Below, in pieces: positions 9,957 to 19,851 of a DNA stretch of 55,217 nt. The notes below the pieces were generated by a model. That model did no database searches, was not told the DNA's origin, and saw nothing but the letters and a program-made list of their open reading frames with translations. Source of the stretch: a virus (Duplodnaviria; Caudoviricetes); the IMG/VR virus record IMGVR_UViG_3300012943_000008, positions 1-55,217 of that record; one strand, written 5' to 3'. The translations under genes were made by a program, and so were the position numbers. Each line of letters begins with the position of its first letter. Positions within the stretch are counted from its first letter, which is position 1.

Positions 9957-10295
9957 TTAACGGCGGCGGCGCGCGCGACGTTCCGCGATATCTCGGCGCG
10001 CGCGCTCGATCGAGTCCAGGGCGTCGACGGCATCCTGCTTGCGCTGATTGAGCTCGGCGATCTGCGCGTCGATGTGCTCGACCGTTTGCTGCATCTGGAT
10101 CGCCTGGGCGGCATAGACCATGTCGGTGGCGTGGGAATAGTCCATGAACACGGGCTGGGGCATCGCTTGCGCAATGGCGGCCGCCCCGGCATCGGCGATG
10201 ATCTCGCGATCTGCGGCCTTCATGGCGGCACTCAAGGCGCCGGGCTGGCGGTGCGGGGCGGTGTCCTCGACTTCGGTCTCTGGCTGATCGTTCAT
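9957..10295 (-). CDS. Hypothetical protein
   Basis: 112-aa ORF with GAGG RBS, overlapping the upstream stop codon. Confidence 0.65.
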   Translation of the reverse strand: MNDQPETEVEDTAPHRQPGALSAAMKAADREIIADAGAAAIAQAMPQPVFMDYSHATDMVYAAQAIQMQQTVEHIDAQIAELNQRKQDAVDALDSIERARRDIAERRARRRR

Positions 10296-10693
10296 TGTCT
10301 GCCTCTCTTCTGAAACGGCCGGCCCGGAATTGGGCGGTGGCCTTGCTGAAATCCCCGGCTCTTGATCGATCCGGGCTTCTTTGCCGGCCGCTCTATGTCG
10401 AGCGGAAGGCGGTTCTTGCCGTATCGCTTGATCGCAGCGATGCCGGGAATATCCTCGCCGTTGGTCTTCCGATAATCGCAGCTAGCGGGACCGTCATTGC
10501 AAAGCACCTTGCAATTGCCGATCGACGAGTCGCGGCTGCGCCGGAACGGGATCGTGTGGTCGAAGCGGTAGGGCACGCCCTCGAGCTCGCGGCCGCACCC
10601 TTCGCACCGGCCGCCGCACCGCTCCCAGGCCGCCCGCCGCACGGCGTCGGTGAATTCCTTGCGGTCGATCGGATCGGGTAGGCGCTGGCTCAC
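10292..10693 (-). CDS. HNH endonuclease
   Basis: RCEGCG...FDHTIP...NCKVLC...CDYRKT; GTGA coupling. Confidence 0.8.
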   Translation of the reverse strand: MSQRLPDPIDRKEFTDAVRRAAWERCGGRCEGCGRELEGVPYRFDHTIPFRRSRDSSIGNCKVLCNDGPASCDYRKTNGEDIPGIAAIKRYGKNRLPLDIERPAKKPGSIKSRGFQQGHRPIPGRPFQKRGRQ

Positions 10694-11034
10694 TCCCAAT
10701 AGCTCCACTCGGCCGCGTCGAAATAATCGTCGGTCCAATAGTCCGCGTGCGCGTCGTCGCTGATCGACTCGCAAATGGCATCGTGAAGCGTCTTGCCGAA
10801 GTCGCCGACTCGAGCGTCCCAGGCGGTGCGCGGAACCTCGATCCCGTACCGCGGCGGCCGCTCTTCGGTCAGCCATGTGACGCTGGTCAGATAGAACACG
10901 CCGCCCGCGCCTGGATCGTCCCAGCCGTTGCCCTGCTCGGGGTAATCCTCCCATTCATATTCGACGTCGAACCAATGCAGGCAATGCGGGATCGACGGAA
11001 GCCAGAGACACGCGCGCGCGCTGCCGCCGCTCAA
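10690..11034 (-). CDS. Hypothetical acidic protein
   Basis: Translationally coupled ORF with Trp/Asp-rich composition. Confidence 0.55.
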   Translation of the reverse strand: MSGGSARACLWLPSIPHCLHWFDVEYEWEDYPEQGNGWDDPGAGGVFYLTSVTWLTEERPPRYGIEVPRTAWDARVGDFGKTLHDAICESISDDAHADYWTDDYFDAAEWSYWE

Positions 11035-11405
11035 AACGGCATCATGTCGTCGGGGCACGGCGGCCCGATGAAGGTTCGAAGGCGGCGAGCCTCGGCGATG
11101 TGGTGGCGGATGCCTCTCGACTGACGTTCCGGATCGCGGCCGTTCAATCCAAGCCGAAGCTCGGCGCTGTAGATCGCAACGCGGCGGCGCCAGTCACCGG
11201 CACGCCTAAGCTCCTTAGCGGCGATCGCGGCCGGGTTTCCGTCGGTCGCCCGCTCGGCCTCTTGGCGCAAGGTGTGCCGGCGCTGGTGAATATACGGCCG
11301 CTCTTCCTCGGGCGGCTCGTCGTCTTCGACGTAATCATCGTAGGGGCTGCGCAACTTCCATTCGTCATAGGAATCGCGCCATGCGTCCGGTCGCTCCCAA
11401 CTCAT
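11031..11405 (-). CDS. Hypothetical protein ending in DDMMPF
   Basis: ATGA coupling; YDEWKLRSP motif common in small phage proteins. Confidence 0.6.
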   Translation of the reverse strand: MSWERPDAWRDSYDEWKLRSPYDDYVEDDEPPEEERPYIHQRRHTLRQEAERATDGNPAAIAAKELRRAGDWRRRVAIYSAELRLGLNGRDPERQSRGIRHHIAEARRLRTFIGPPCPDDMMPF

Positions 11406-11896
11406 TGCACGGCTCCCTGCGGCGGGTGCGCGTCTTCCCACTCCTGCCAGGGCTCATAGCGCTTCCCCGTCACGGCCTCGGTATAGGCGCCGACATATGT
11501 TCGGGTCATTTCGAAACATACCTGCAACTCGGCGAAATCCATCTTGTCGCGCGCCATGCTCTGCGCCTCCTTCTTCACCGATCCGTCGCGCTGGGGGTGC
11601 GTGATGCAGAAGCCAAGCTCGCAAAGGATCATGCGGCGAAGATGGTTCGCCGTCGGATATTCGGTGCCCGGCCCGGTGTTGGGCAGGTAATCGAAAACCT
11701 CCTGCATCCCCGTCATGTAGCGGCTGAGCAAGCGGCCGTGCTCGTCGTCGACGGCGCTCTTTGCGATCGTGAGATAGCAGTGGAACCGCGTCCCGCGGGG
11801 GAGCTTTTCTATTTCCTCGGCGGCCCATGCGTCCGCTGGGATTAGCGCGCCGCTCCGCACTTCTACAGCGATGGGGGCTTCTTTGGATTTACTCAT
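11402..11896 (-). CDS. NinB/DUF1367-like protein
   Basis: GALIPAD start and SMARDKMDFAEL motif; recombination-module context. Confidence 0.5.
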   Translation of the reverse strand: MSKSKEAPIAVEVRSGALIPADAWAAEEIEKLPRGTRFHCYLTIAKSAVDDEHGRLLSRYMTGMQEVFDYLPNTGPGTEYPTANHLRRMILCELGFCITHPQRDGSVKKEAQSMARDKMDFAELQVCFEMTRTYVGAYTEAVTGKRYEPWQEWEDAHPPQGAVQ

Positions 11897-12327
11897 GGCC
11901 GTGTTCCTCGCGGGGCCAACCAAAGATGCTGGGGCCATCCCCGGTATATGCGCCCCTTCACAGTGATGAAATTCAGCCCAGCGGCATTGGCGGCCTCGCG
12001 CAGCAAGCGGCCGCCAATGCGGATAGTGTCGCGCCTGTTAAGTTGCTGTTCTTCGGCCGTCGCCCAACGGCAATTCCCTGGCTCATAGTTTCCGTTGTTG
12101 TCGGGGTGGCGGTCTAAGCTGTGCTTCGGCGACGGCCGGGTGCCCATATCCTCAAGGAAGGCGGCGAAGCTCTCTCGCCAGCGAGCGCATACCGCGATCC
12201 CGCGCCCGCCGTAATCAGAAAAGGACTTGTTAGCGGGGCGCTCACACCGCGAGATCATCGCCTGCCAAGCGCGATACTCTGGCGTCTTCTCGCCGCCGAT
12301 CCTACTCAACCCGTGGGTTTTTGGCAT
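11893..12327 (-). CDS. HNH homing-endonuclease-like protein
   Basis: YRAWQAMISRC, YGGRGIAVCARW, SLDR.DNNGNYEPGNCRWAT. Confidence 0.85.
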   Translation of the reverse strand: MPKTHGLSRIGGEKTPEYRAWQAMISRCERPANKSFSDYGGRGIAVCARWRESFAAFLEDMGTRPSPKHSLDRHPDNNGNYEPGNCRWATAEEQQLNRRDTIRIGGRLLREAANAAGLNFITVKGRIYRGWPQHLWLAPRGTRP

Positions 12328-12502
12328 TGGCGTGCCTCTCCTGCTCGGCTCCCCGGAATGCAGGGCCGAAATGTTCCTCGAGGCGCCGCACGAGATCGCG
12401 GCCCTCAAGTGTGTCGATCGTGCCGGTCTTGATCAGCATCCGGCGGATCGCGCGGTTCTCTTCCGCGCTCAACATGAGCGGGTGGCGGTAGATCGTCACC
12501 AT
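12302..12502 (-). CDS. Hypothetical protein
   Basis: 66-aa ORF tiled between neighbouring genes. Confidence 0.5.
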   Translation of the reverse strand: MVTIYRHPLMLSAEENRAIRRMLIKTGTIDTLEGRDLVRRLEEHFGPAFRGAEQERHANAKNPRVE

Positions 12503-12702
12503 TGGCGCCCCGCACTTCCGGCGAATGGGATTTTCTTGAAGGGCTTCGGGCCGATCACGTCGCGGGGTTTCCGCGGCTCGTGCGCTGCAATAGTGCGCTG
12601 CACGTCGCCGAATGACGTTCCGACGGCCGCAGCGATTTCGCGCATTGAGGCCTTGGGGTGCTTGGCGCGGTATTCGAGGATAACTTCGACGGGGATGGTC
12701 AT
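12496..12702 (-). CDS. Small HTH DNA-binding protein
   Basis: HPKASMREIAAAVGTSFGDVQR helix-turn-helix pattern. Confidence 0.6.
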   Translation of the reverse strand: MTIPVEVILEYRAKHPKASMREIAAAVGTSFGDVQRTIAAHEPRKPRDVIGPKPFKKIPFAGSAGRQW

Positions 12703-13061
12703 GTCCAATCCCAATGAATGATGTGGCCGGTAAACGTTGGGCGCTTCACGCTGGTGAAGAAGCCGAAAAACTGTGCGATCGAATCGAAGCCGTCGGCCAT
12801 CACAAGATCATGGATTTGTCGGCTATGGAGTTGCTTGCCATCGACGATCACGATCATGTTGCCGATCTCGATCGCCTCGATCTTCGTCACAACCGGGTCG
12901 ACGTCGAACAGCTTGCGCCGCATGCCCGGCCTATATGGGCCGGTCCAAATCTGGATCGCGTCGCCGACTTTGAACCGAAGCCTGCCGGCGCGGATCGTGT
13001 GCTTCTTCGTGCGGGCCTCGACCGCCGGGACGAATCGTTCTTTGAAGCCTAGCAACGTCAA
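12699..13061 (-). CDS. ASCH/PUA-domain protein
   Basis: FVPAVEARTKKHTIR...FKVGD...ADGF motifs; CAGGAG RBS before TTG. Confidence 0.7.
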   Translation of the reverse strand: MTLLGFKERFVPAVEARTKKHTIRAGRLRFKVGDAIQIWTGPYRPGMRRKLFDVDPVVTKIEAIEIGNMIVIVDGKQLHSRQIHDLVMADGFDSIAQFFGFFTSVKRPTFTGHIIHWDWT

Positions 13062-13163
13062 TTCGATCTCCTGGGTGTGGTGGTGGGGGAAGGCCGGGCG
13101 GACCTTCCCCCGTATCCCTCTGCCTGGGGGTGGGTTTGTGGTGGCAGAGGAATTAGACCGCGA

Positions 13164-13715
13164 TCAGCAGGCGCCGTTGCTCTGGCTCGACGAATTGCTC
13201 TGCGCGTAGCCGGTCAGCGGATTGTGACCGTTATGCGAGAACGAGATCGTCGAGGTGTTGCACACCGGGTCATTCCGGGTTCCGCCGGGGATCGTGGCGC
13301 CGGGGATCACCGCGCCCGGGATGGTGTATTCGGACGGCCCCGGAAGCTGCTTGCTCTGGACGCCGACGAAAACACAATCGCGCTGGAACTTGAACGTTTT
13401 GGAGACGCCGACGTATTCGTGCCACGGGCCGCACGGTCCCTCGGGGTCGGCCCAATCGGCAGGAATGCCGCCGGTCGCGGGAACAACCACCTTGGTATCG
13501 GGCAGTTTGGTGTCGGGGAGCTTCACGTCCGGAAGCTGAACGACGATGGTGCCGTCGACGTTCTTGACCAGCGACTTATCGTGCGGATTCACCTTGTAGC
13601 CGTTATGGATCGCGGAGGCGGTGATCTGGCCGACCTGGACGATGGTGAGGGCGGAGGCGGGCACCGTAAGCGCCATCGCAATCGCGGCGGCGAGAAGAAG
13701 GGGGATTGGTTTCAT
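13164..13715 (-). CDS. Secreted protein with Sec signal peptide
   Basis: MKPIPLLLAAAIAMALTVPASA; LPDxK and IPG repeats; GGAG upstream. Confidence 0.65.
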   Translation of the reverse strand: MKPIPLLLAAAIAMALTVPASALTIVQVGQITASAIHNGYKVNPHDKSLVKNVDGTIVVQLPDVKLPDTKLPDTKVVVPATGGIPADWADPEGPCGPWHEYVGVSKTFKFQRDCVFVGVQSKQLPGPSEYTIPGAVIPGATIPGGTRNDPVCNTSTISFSHNGHNPLTGYAQSNSSSQSNGAC

Positions 13716-13798
13716 TTTTGATAAAAGTCTCCAGTTAGGATGCGGGATTGCATCCGGCGGCGCGTCCAGCGGAACCGGGCGCGCGACGGGGTGCAAAT

Positions 13799-15022
13799 TC
13801 AAGTGCCCCGTGCTCCGGGGAAGTTCTTGTCGATGAGGTCGAGCGTCGCTTGTTCCTCGGCTTCCGTGCGATCTCGGCTGATCACCTCGCCGCCGATCTT
13901 CTGCTCGAGGCGCTGAATGTGCTTGGTCTTCATGTCGATCGCCTTGCCCATGCGCTCGGGATCGCGCGAAAACTCGCTCTCGATATCCAGTGAACTCCAC
14001 GTCTCTTCGATATCGTCTTCGGTCTTCGCCTGACCTAGCCAGTGCTCGAGATCGGCGAGCAACTCGTCGGGCGTGCGCTCGGTGCTCACGCCGCTGCCGT
14101 CGTCGTTGAAGTCGCCGGCCTGATCTGCCGGGGTTTGAGAATTCCCCGAATTGCTCGCGTTTGTTGATTTGTCCGTTTCGCCAGCGGAAGCCGCGCCCGC
14201 TTCACTTTTCGCACCTTCTGGAAGGTCCGGTTTATGAAGTGCGGGCGCGGCCGGCCCGCCGGTGGGTGGGGGTGGTTCGTCGTATTCGGGAAGGGCGGGC
14301 GTCGCCGGCTTGGCCTCGATCGCTACCGGCGCCGAGTCGATCGTGCGGCCTTCCATTTCCTCGGCCGCGTAGGTGTTGCCCAACTCTTCGGGGAACGCCT
14401 TGCGTAGCGCGGCCGCCTCGCCGCACTTGTCTAGCTGGCCGCGCGGCCGCTTCATCCACATTGCGTTTGGCATGAGGGTGTCGCGGCCCGCCGTCGCGTA
14501 AGCTTCATCCCAAAAGACTTGGGCGGTGAAGGCCATGCGCTGGCCCTCGACCATGCGATAGACCGTCACTTCCGCATATTCTGGATATTCGACGACGGTC
14601 TCAATCTGACGGGTCGAGCGGTCTTCGTTCTCAACCGTCGTGAAAAAGCTGCGCTTTGTGATCGGTCCCCATTTCACGGGGTCGATGCCGGCATAGTTGC
14701 CGGTGCGGTGCGCCGTCGTCCTGATCTCGGCGATGCCCGGCCAAACGGTTTCGACCATTTTGCCAAGGGCGCTCGACCACATCGGCACGATATGAACGGG
14801 CCGCTTGTAGATATCCAGCTTGCGAGCGCGGCAATAACTGAGCGCCATGCCGATAGCTTCGACGCTGCGGGCGTTCGGGAAAATCTGATCGACGAGAACG
14901 CGCCACTGGTCGGCGGTGACGTCGAATTCTTCGGCGACGCCCTTGACGATCGGGAGGCGCGACGGCGCCAATCGGGCAACTGCCATGCCGGGCGGGGGTG
15001 TCGTGTCGTTTTGCTTAGTCAT
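13799..15022 (-). CDS. bet: Phage single-strand annealing recombinase (Bet/RecT family)
   Basis: YCRARKLD..KRPVHIVPMW, RTTAHRTGNYAG, MWMKRPRGQLDKCGEAAALRKAFPEE. Confidence 0.88.
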   Translation of the reverse strand: MTKQNDTTPPPGMAVARLAPSRLPIVKGVAEEFDVTADQWRVLVDQIFPNARSVEAIGMALSYCRARKLDIYKRPVHIVPMWSSALGKMVETVWPGIAEIRTTAHRTGNYAGIDPVKWGPITKRSFFTTVENEDRSTRQIETVVEYPEYAEVTVYRMVEGQRMAFTAQVFWDEAYATAGRDTLMPNAMWMKRPRGQLDKCGEAAALRKAFPEELGNTYAAEEMEGRTIDSAPVAIEAKPATPALPEYDEPPPPTGGPAAPALHKPDLPEGAKSEAGAASAGETDKSTNASNSGNSQTPADQAGDFNDDGSGVSTERTPDELLADLEHWLGQAKTEDDIEETWSSLDIESEFSRDPERMGKAIDMKTKHIQRLEQKIGGEVISRDRTEAEEQATLDLIDKNFPGARGT

Positions 15023-15087
15023 CGTGCCTCTCCTAGAACGGCAAATCGTCGTCGATCACAGGCGCCGGTTCTTGAAATGATCGTGTG

Positions 15088-16233
15088 TCACTGATCTACA
15101 AACTCCACACCCGGCATTTTGAATTTGACGCGAGCCGCCTGATCCGCGCGCTTCTGGAGGCACGCGTTGAGATCGGGATCGTCGGCCGCGAGTAGTGCGG
15201 CGACGAATGCGGCCTTGTCGACGATCACGCCCTTTTGGGCCTTGGCCTTCGATGTGGCGCGGCTGTAGGCGCCCCCCTGCACGACGGGCTTAGCAACCTC
15301 AACCGGCGCCTCTGCGGCCGCTTGCTGGGCCTGCGCCTCGATCTCGTCGGCCGTGGGCACCACGATCTCGGGCTCGGGCGGTGGCGCCTCGCCGGCGGCT
15401 TCCGCCTGCTTGGCGCGCTCGGCGGCCTCGCGCTCCTGTTGCTTGCGCCGTTCCTCGGCTTCGCGCGCAAGGCGCTGCCGGGTTTCCTCGGCGATGCGGT
15501 CGCGCTCGATCTTCTCGAGCCGGGCCTTCTCCGCCTTCTGGAACGCGTCGATGCCGGTCAAGAGCTCGGCGGCTAGATCGCTCGCTGGCTTGAGAACGGG
15601 AACCCATTTCGCCTGCACGGCGTCGGCGCCGTCGTCGAAGGGCTTCTTCTCGACCTTCCGCTTGTCCTCGCCCAACTTGCCCAGCGCGCGGATATCGTCG
15701 CGCACCCCGGCGGCGGCCTCGGCTTTAGCGAGGGTATCGATCTTACCGATCGCCTTGCCCTTCTCGATGAGCGCCGCCAGCTTGGTTTTGATCTGTAGCC
15801 AGAAGGCGTCGACTTCCTCGCCCGTCTTCTCGTCGATCACCATGTTGCCGCCCTGGCTGGCCGGCGTGTCGGGGATGATATCGAATCGATCTTCGTCGCT
15901 CTGCGGGATCGCGCGTTTGCCGTCGCTCGGCCATTCGCCGCGGCTCAGCGCGCCTTCGAATTCGATTCGACGCACGGCTTTCAGGCGGAGAAACGTGCCC
16001 TGCATGAAGTCGTCGACGTCGACCGGCTTCGCTGCGCCATTGGCGAACGTCGCCGTGTAGCCCCCATCGGTAAGTTCGATGTGCACCGGCCAATCGGTCT
16101 TGGTCTTCGCCGCCATGACGCGCCAGTATCCGAGTAGCGCGGCGGGGTCGGTGATCGTCTGGCGCTGCGGGTCGACCGGCTCGCCGCCGGCTTCGGTTCG
16201 CGTGATCTCGGCTTTCCAATATTCGCGTGCCAT
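15088..16233 (-). CDS. Hypothetical coiled-coil protein of the recombination module
   Basis: AAGGA RBS; RKVEKKPF..VQAKW motif; long E/A/R-rich helix. Confidence 0.7.
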   Translation of the reverse strand: MAREYWKAEITRTEAGGEPVDPQRQTITDPAALLGYWRVMAAKTKTDWPVHIELTDGGYTATFANGAAKPVDVDDFMQGTFLRLKAVRRIEFEGALSRGEWPSDGKRAIPQSDEDRFDIIPDTPASQGGNMVIDEKTGEEVDAFWLQIKTKLAALIEKGKAIGKIDTLAKAEAAAGVRDDIRALGKLGEDKRKVEKKPFDDGADAVQAKWVPVLKPASDLAAELLTGIDAFQKAEKARLEKIERDRIAEETRQRLAREAEERRKQQEREAAERAKQAEAAGEAPPPEPEIVVPTADEIEAQAQQAAAEAPVEVAKPVVQGGAYSRATSKAKAQKGVIVDKAAFVAALLAADDPDLNACLQKRADQAARVKFKMPGVEFVDQ

Positions 16234-16308
16234 GTGTTCCTTGCCTCCTTGTCGGATCATCGTTCGCATGCTAGCGCTGCGTCGTCAAGCATCACAATGC
16301 GACAAGGG

Positions 16309-16458
16309 ATGACGATGAAAACACGCACCACGATCACGATCGAGGCCGACCTAAAGGGTAAGATCGAACAAATCGCGGCCGATGAGCGACGCGAATTCTC
16401 GGCGCAACTTTCGATCCTGATCGAAGAAGCGCTCGCTGCCCGGAAGTCGCGCAAATGA
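16309..16458 (+). CDS. Arc-like ribbon-helix-helix regulator
   Basis: TTITIEADLKGKIEQIAADERREFSAQLSILIEEAL; first gene at a divergent junction. Confidence 0.7.
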   Translation: MTMKTRTTITIEADLKGKIEQIAADERREFSAQLSILIEEALAARKSRK

Positions 16459-16856
16459 CTGACGCCCTCCCTTTGGTGTCGGCCTGCGCCACGGTCGAAG
16501 CGACCCTCGCCAAGCTCGAGGGCGACGAGCTCGTGAAGCAAATGTCGGAAGTTGTTTCGGCGACACTCGACAACCCAATGCTGCCGATGTTCGCGCGGAT
16601 CGCGGCTATGTCGATGCTGATCGGCGGCTCTGCGGTCGGGGCGATCGCTGCGATCGAAGAAGATAACGCCCAGGTCACGCAATTTCACCGGCACGATCTC
16701 GTGCCCGATATCGCCGCGATGCTGCGCGCTGCGGCGACGATCTACGAAGAACTCGCGCTGCAAGTGGCGAGCGCTGTCCCTCAACCGCCGGCTGGGGCAC
16801 CGGCAAACCAGGAGTCCGAAGATGGGCGAGAAGACGGGAATAAGCTGGACGGATAG
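16455..16856 (+). CDS. Hypothetical protein
   Basis: ATGA-coupled ORF of 133 aa. Confidence 0.6.
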   Translation: MTDALPLVSACATVEATLAKLEGDELVKQMSEVVSATLDNPMLPMFARIAAMSMLIGGSAVGAIAAIEEDNAQVTQFHRHDLVPDIAAMLRAAATIYEELALQVASAVPQPPAGAPANQESEDGREDGNKLDG

Positions 16857-17661
16857 CACCCAAAATTTTTGGGAGGGCTGCACGAAGGTCGGCCCTGGGT
16901 GTGATTTTTGTTACGCCGAGTCGCGCGATCAGCGCTATCACGCTGGCGCGCATTGGGGGCCGGGCGCCCCGCGCCGGCAAATGTCGGTCCACACGCGCAA
17001 CAATCCCGGCCGCTGGCAGAGAGACGCCGCGGCGTTCTTCGCTGAGCACGGCCACAAGCGCCGGGTCTTCTGCTCGAGCCTCGCCGATATCTTCGACAAC
17101 GAAGTGCCGGACGAATGGCGGGCCGAAGCGTTCCGGACAATGGAGGCGACGCCCGATCTCAACTGGCAGTTGTGCACCAAGCGGGTGAGCAACATCGTGA
17201 AGATGATCCCGGCTGGATGGACGGGCACCGTTGGCGGAATGCGCTGGCCTCGGAACGTCGGCGTGCTGATCACGACGGTGACGCCCGAAGAGATCGTGCG
17301 CGACGTGCCGCGGCTGCTCGAGCTCAAGCGCCGGTTCGGTATCCCGTGGGTTGGCCTGTCGATCGAACCGATGATCGCCGACGTTTCCGACGCGCTGCTC
17401 GAGCTCGGCGGCGATCTGATGGAAGTGAACTGGATCATCCTCGGCGGCGAGTCGGGGACGCATGCGCGGCCGTGCGATCTCGATTGGATGCGCCGGGCGA
17501 TCGCGGCCTGCGAACCTGTCGGCCCGGCAATCTTCGTAAAGCAGATGGGCGACAATGTGCTGTTGCCGCCCTCTGCCCCGGAGTTCACCGGCAAGGGCGC
17601 CGATCCGGCGGAGTGGCCCGAAGACCTGCGGTTGCAGGAATTCCCGGCGGCCCTCAATTGA
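16822..17661 (+). CDS. Phage Gp37/Gp68 (DUF5131) radical-SAM-like protein
   Basis: TGISWTDST.N.WEGCTKVGPGCDFCYAE, RVFCSSLADIF, WIILGGESG, FVKQMG. Confidence 0.9.
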   Translation: MGEKTGISWTDSTQNFWEGCTKVGPGCDFCYAESRDQRYHAGAHWGPGAPRRQMSVHTRNNPGRWQRDAAAFFAEHGHKRRVFCSSLADIFDNEVPDEWRAEAFRTMEATPDLNWQLCTKRVSNIVKMIPAGWTGTVGGMRWPRNVGVLITTVTPEEIVRDVPRLLELKRRFGIPWVGLSIEPMIADVSDALLELGGDLMEVNWIILGGESGTHARPCDLDWMRRAIAACEPVGPAIFVKQMGDNVLLPPSAPEFTGKGADPAEWPEDLRLQEFPAALN

Positions 17662-18073
17662 AAGCCGGCGACGTCGTGAAGTGCAAAGCCGACTGGTGGG
17701 CGAACGCCTATGGCGATCGCACCTATGCCGTAACCTGGCATGATCCGCCGCGCATGATCATCGAAACCAAGCGGGTCGGGGGCGCGAACTTCCTCAAGTT
17801 TGAGGACGTCCCCGACTGCTGGTTTTGGGACGATGGATTCGAAAGGGCGAAGCTGAATTGAGCCGTTTTCACTCGATGGTCGAATTTCAGACCATGCGGC
17901 GCGAAGAGCTTCGCCGCTGGGCCGCCGGCGATCGCACGGTCAAGCCGCCGGCGACGGGGCTCTCGCCCGCCTATTTGCCCTGGTCAGACCGGCACGTCAC
18001 CATGCTCAATCGCCAGCCGCGCCCGGATAGCGCCGGGCGCGCGCCCTATGCCGGCAAGGATGATGATCGGTGA
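17658..18073 (+). CDS. Two small hypothetical genes (17658-17861, 17858-18073)
   Basis: TTGA-coupled tiling. Confidence 0.45.
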
Positions 18074-18546
18074 GAAACGCCGGCTTCAAGTCGATGCGCT
18101 ACTCGACGGACCGGACATTCGCCGACAAAGCGAAGCCGGTCTATATCTGCCGCAATTGCGAGACGTGGCACGATCCGATCTGGCATGATCGCGCGAAGCG
18201 CATGGGCGAGCCGCACTTCTGCAAGCAATGCGGCCGCGTCGGCGACTTCGAATATTTCCAGTCAAGCGGCGAGGCAAAATGGTGGGTGCGGTTGCTGCGA
18301 CGGCAAGAGGATGGATTGATCCGCGAGCTCGAGCGGCAATATCGTATCCCCCTGATCGCGTGTCACAAGGACACCGGCAAACCCGTGGCGTTCGGGGATT
18401 ACTACGCCGACTTCCGATTCTATGACGTCGCCAACGGCAAGCGCGTGATCGCAGAGTGTAAGCCCGGCGCCGAACTAACCTATGAGTCCAGAATCAAGAT
18501 CGGCTGCGCGATCGCGATGGGCTACGAAATCGAGTTTCTGACCTGA
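18070..18546 (+). CDS. DUF1064-like PD-(D/E)xK nuclease with Zn ribbon
   Basis: FQSSGEA, ELERQ, YYADF, AECK; two CxxC motifs. Confidence 0.7.
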   Translation: MRNAGFKSMRYSTDRTFADKAKPVYICRNCETWHDPIWHDRAKRMGEPHFCKQCGRVGDFEYFQSSGEAKWWVRLLRRQEDGLIRELERQYRIPLIACHKDTGKPVAFGDYYADFRFYDVANGKRVIAECKPGAELTYESRIKIGCAIAMGYEIEFLT

Positions 18547-19025
18547 TGGGCACGCTGGGCAAGCGCTGGGCAAAAACGCGCCGCTTCATAGAAGCTCACG
18601 TCGATGATCCGGCGGGGGCGTGCCTGATCTGGCCGTTCGCGCGGAATAACAAGGGGCATGCGATCGTTCATGGTGGCGTCGCTGCCCGCGTTATGTGCGA
18701 GCTCGCGCACGGCGCTCCGCCAACGCCGGAACATGAAGCTGCGCACAATTGCGGCAACGGGCATATGGGCTGCATTCATCCCCAGCATTTGCGCTGGGCA
18801 ACTCACCAAGAAAATTCGCTCGACCGCGCCATTCACGGCACGGAAAATCGCGGCGAGCGCAACGGTAGCAACAAGCTAACCCGCGATCAGATTTTAGAAA
18901 TTCGTGCGCGCCACACGTCCAAGCGCGTCGATCTCGCCAGTGAGTACGGCGTGACTCCGGGGACGATCAGCAACATCATCAACGGTCACAAGTGGAAGTG
19001 GCTCAAAGGAGAGGCAAATGCCTGA
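18546..19025 (+). CDS. HNH endonuclease with C-terminal HTH
   Basis: CLIWPF, AAHNCGNG..CIHPQHLRWAT.QEN, LASEYGVTPGTISNI. Confidence 0.85.
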   Translation: MGTLGKRWAKTRRFIEAHVDDPAGACLIWPFARNNKGHAIVHGGVAARVMCELAHGAPPTPEHEAAHNCGNGHMGCIHPQHLRWATHQENSLDRAIHGTENRGERNGSNKLTRDQILEIRARHTSKRVDLASEYGVTPGTISNIINGHKWKWLKGEANA

Positions 19026-19680
19026 CGGGCATAACAACGTAGATTCGACCATTCTTAAGCTCGCCGAAGAGTATCAGGCGACGGTCGTTAAATCCCGCGA
19101 ACTCAATGAGCGGCGTGCGGAGATACGCTCGAACGTTGAGAAAATCGGGATCGATCCGGTGGCGTTCCAGGCCGGGCTGCGCATGGCACGCGACATGACG
19201 ACAGGCGAGCGGAGCGACTACACGGGCTCCCTCAATCGCGTGCTCGGGGTTCTGGACGGCAAAGAGGCCGACCTGTTCGGCGCCGACGATATCGCAAAGC
19301 GCGACAAGCGCGCCGCCAAGCGCGCCGAACGTGAGCTTAAGAAGGGCACCGCTCGCGAAGCCCAGGACGACAAGTCGGACGCAAATCCCAAGTCCGATCC
19401 GAAGCGCGGCGGCGCCGGCCGCGGCAAGAAGACCGAAGAGACGTCCACCGAAACCGCTCCGCCGACGACGCTCGCCCAAGCCTCAAAGCAGAGTGATGCG
19501 GCTGTCGCCGAGTCGCTCAAAGAGGTCCAGGCGCGCGAACAGCAGGAAGGCGGCGCCGTGCTCGACACCGTAGGCACCGCCTCTGTGGATAAGGTTGTGG
19601 ATGGGGGCGGGGAAACCGGCGCTCCGATCTCGCAATCGCAGAAGGCCGCGGACAAGCTCGCCGCTGCGAAGTTGAACTAA
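19018..19680 (+). CDS. GapR/DsbA-like DNA-binding protein with a disordered tail
   Basis: RELNERRAEIRSNVEKIGIDPVAF...LRM pattern resembles DUF2312. Confidence 0.5.
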   Translation: MPDGHNNVDSTILKLAEEYQATVVKSRELNERRAEIRSNVEKIGIDPVAFQAGLRMARDMTTGERSDYTGSLNRVLGVLDGKEADLFGADDIAKRDKRAAKRAERELKKGTAREAQDDKSDANPKSDPKRGGAGRGKKTEETSTETAPPTTLAQASKQSDAAVAESLKEVQAREQQEGGAVLDTVGTASVDKVVDGGGETGAPISQSQKAADKLAAAKLN

Positions 19681-19851
19681 CCGCCGAATCTGGCGCAAAA
19701 AGAAAGCGCCCCGCGCGGTTGAGGTGCGGGACGCTATGACTACCCGGTTGAGGTTGCGGACCTTTGGAAGCCGGGCGGCTCCATCGATATGATGGATTCG
19801 CCGTCGCATGCCAATGGTCGCCCTGATCGGTTCCACATAATCGGGGAACAC

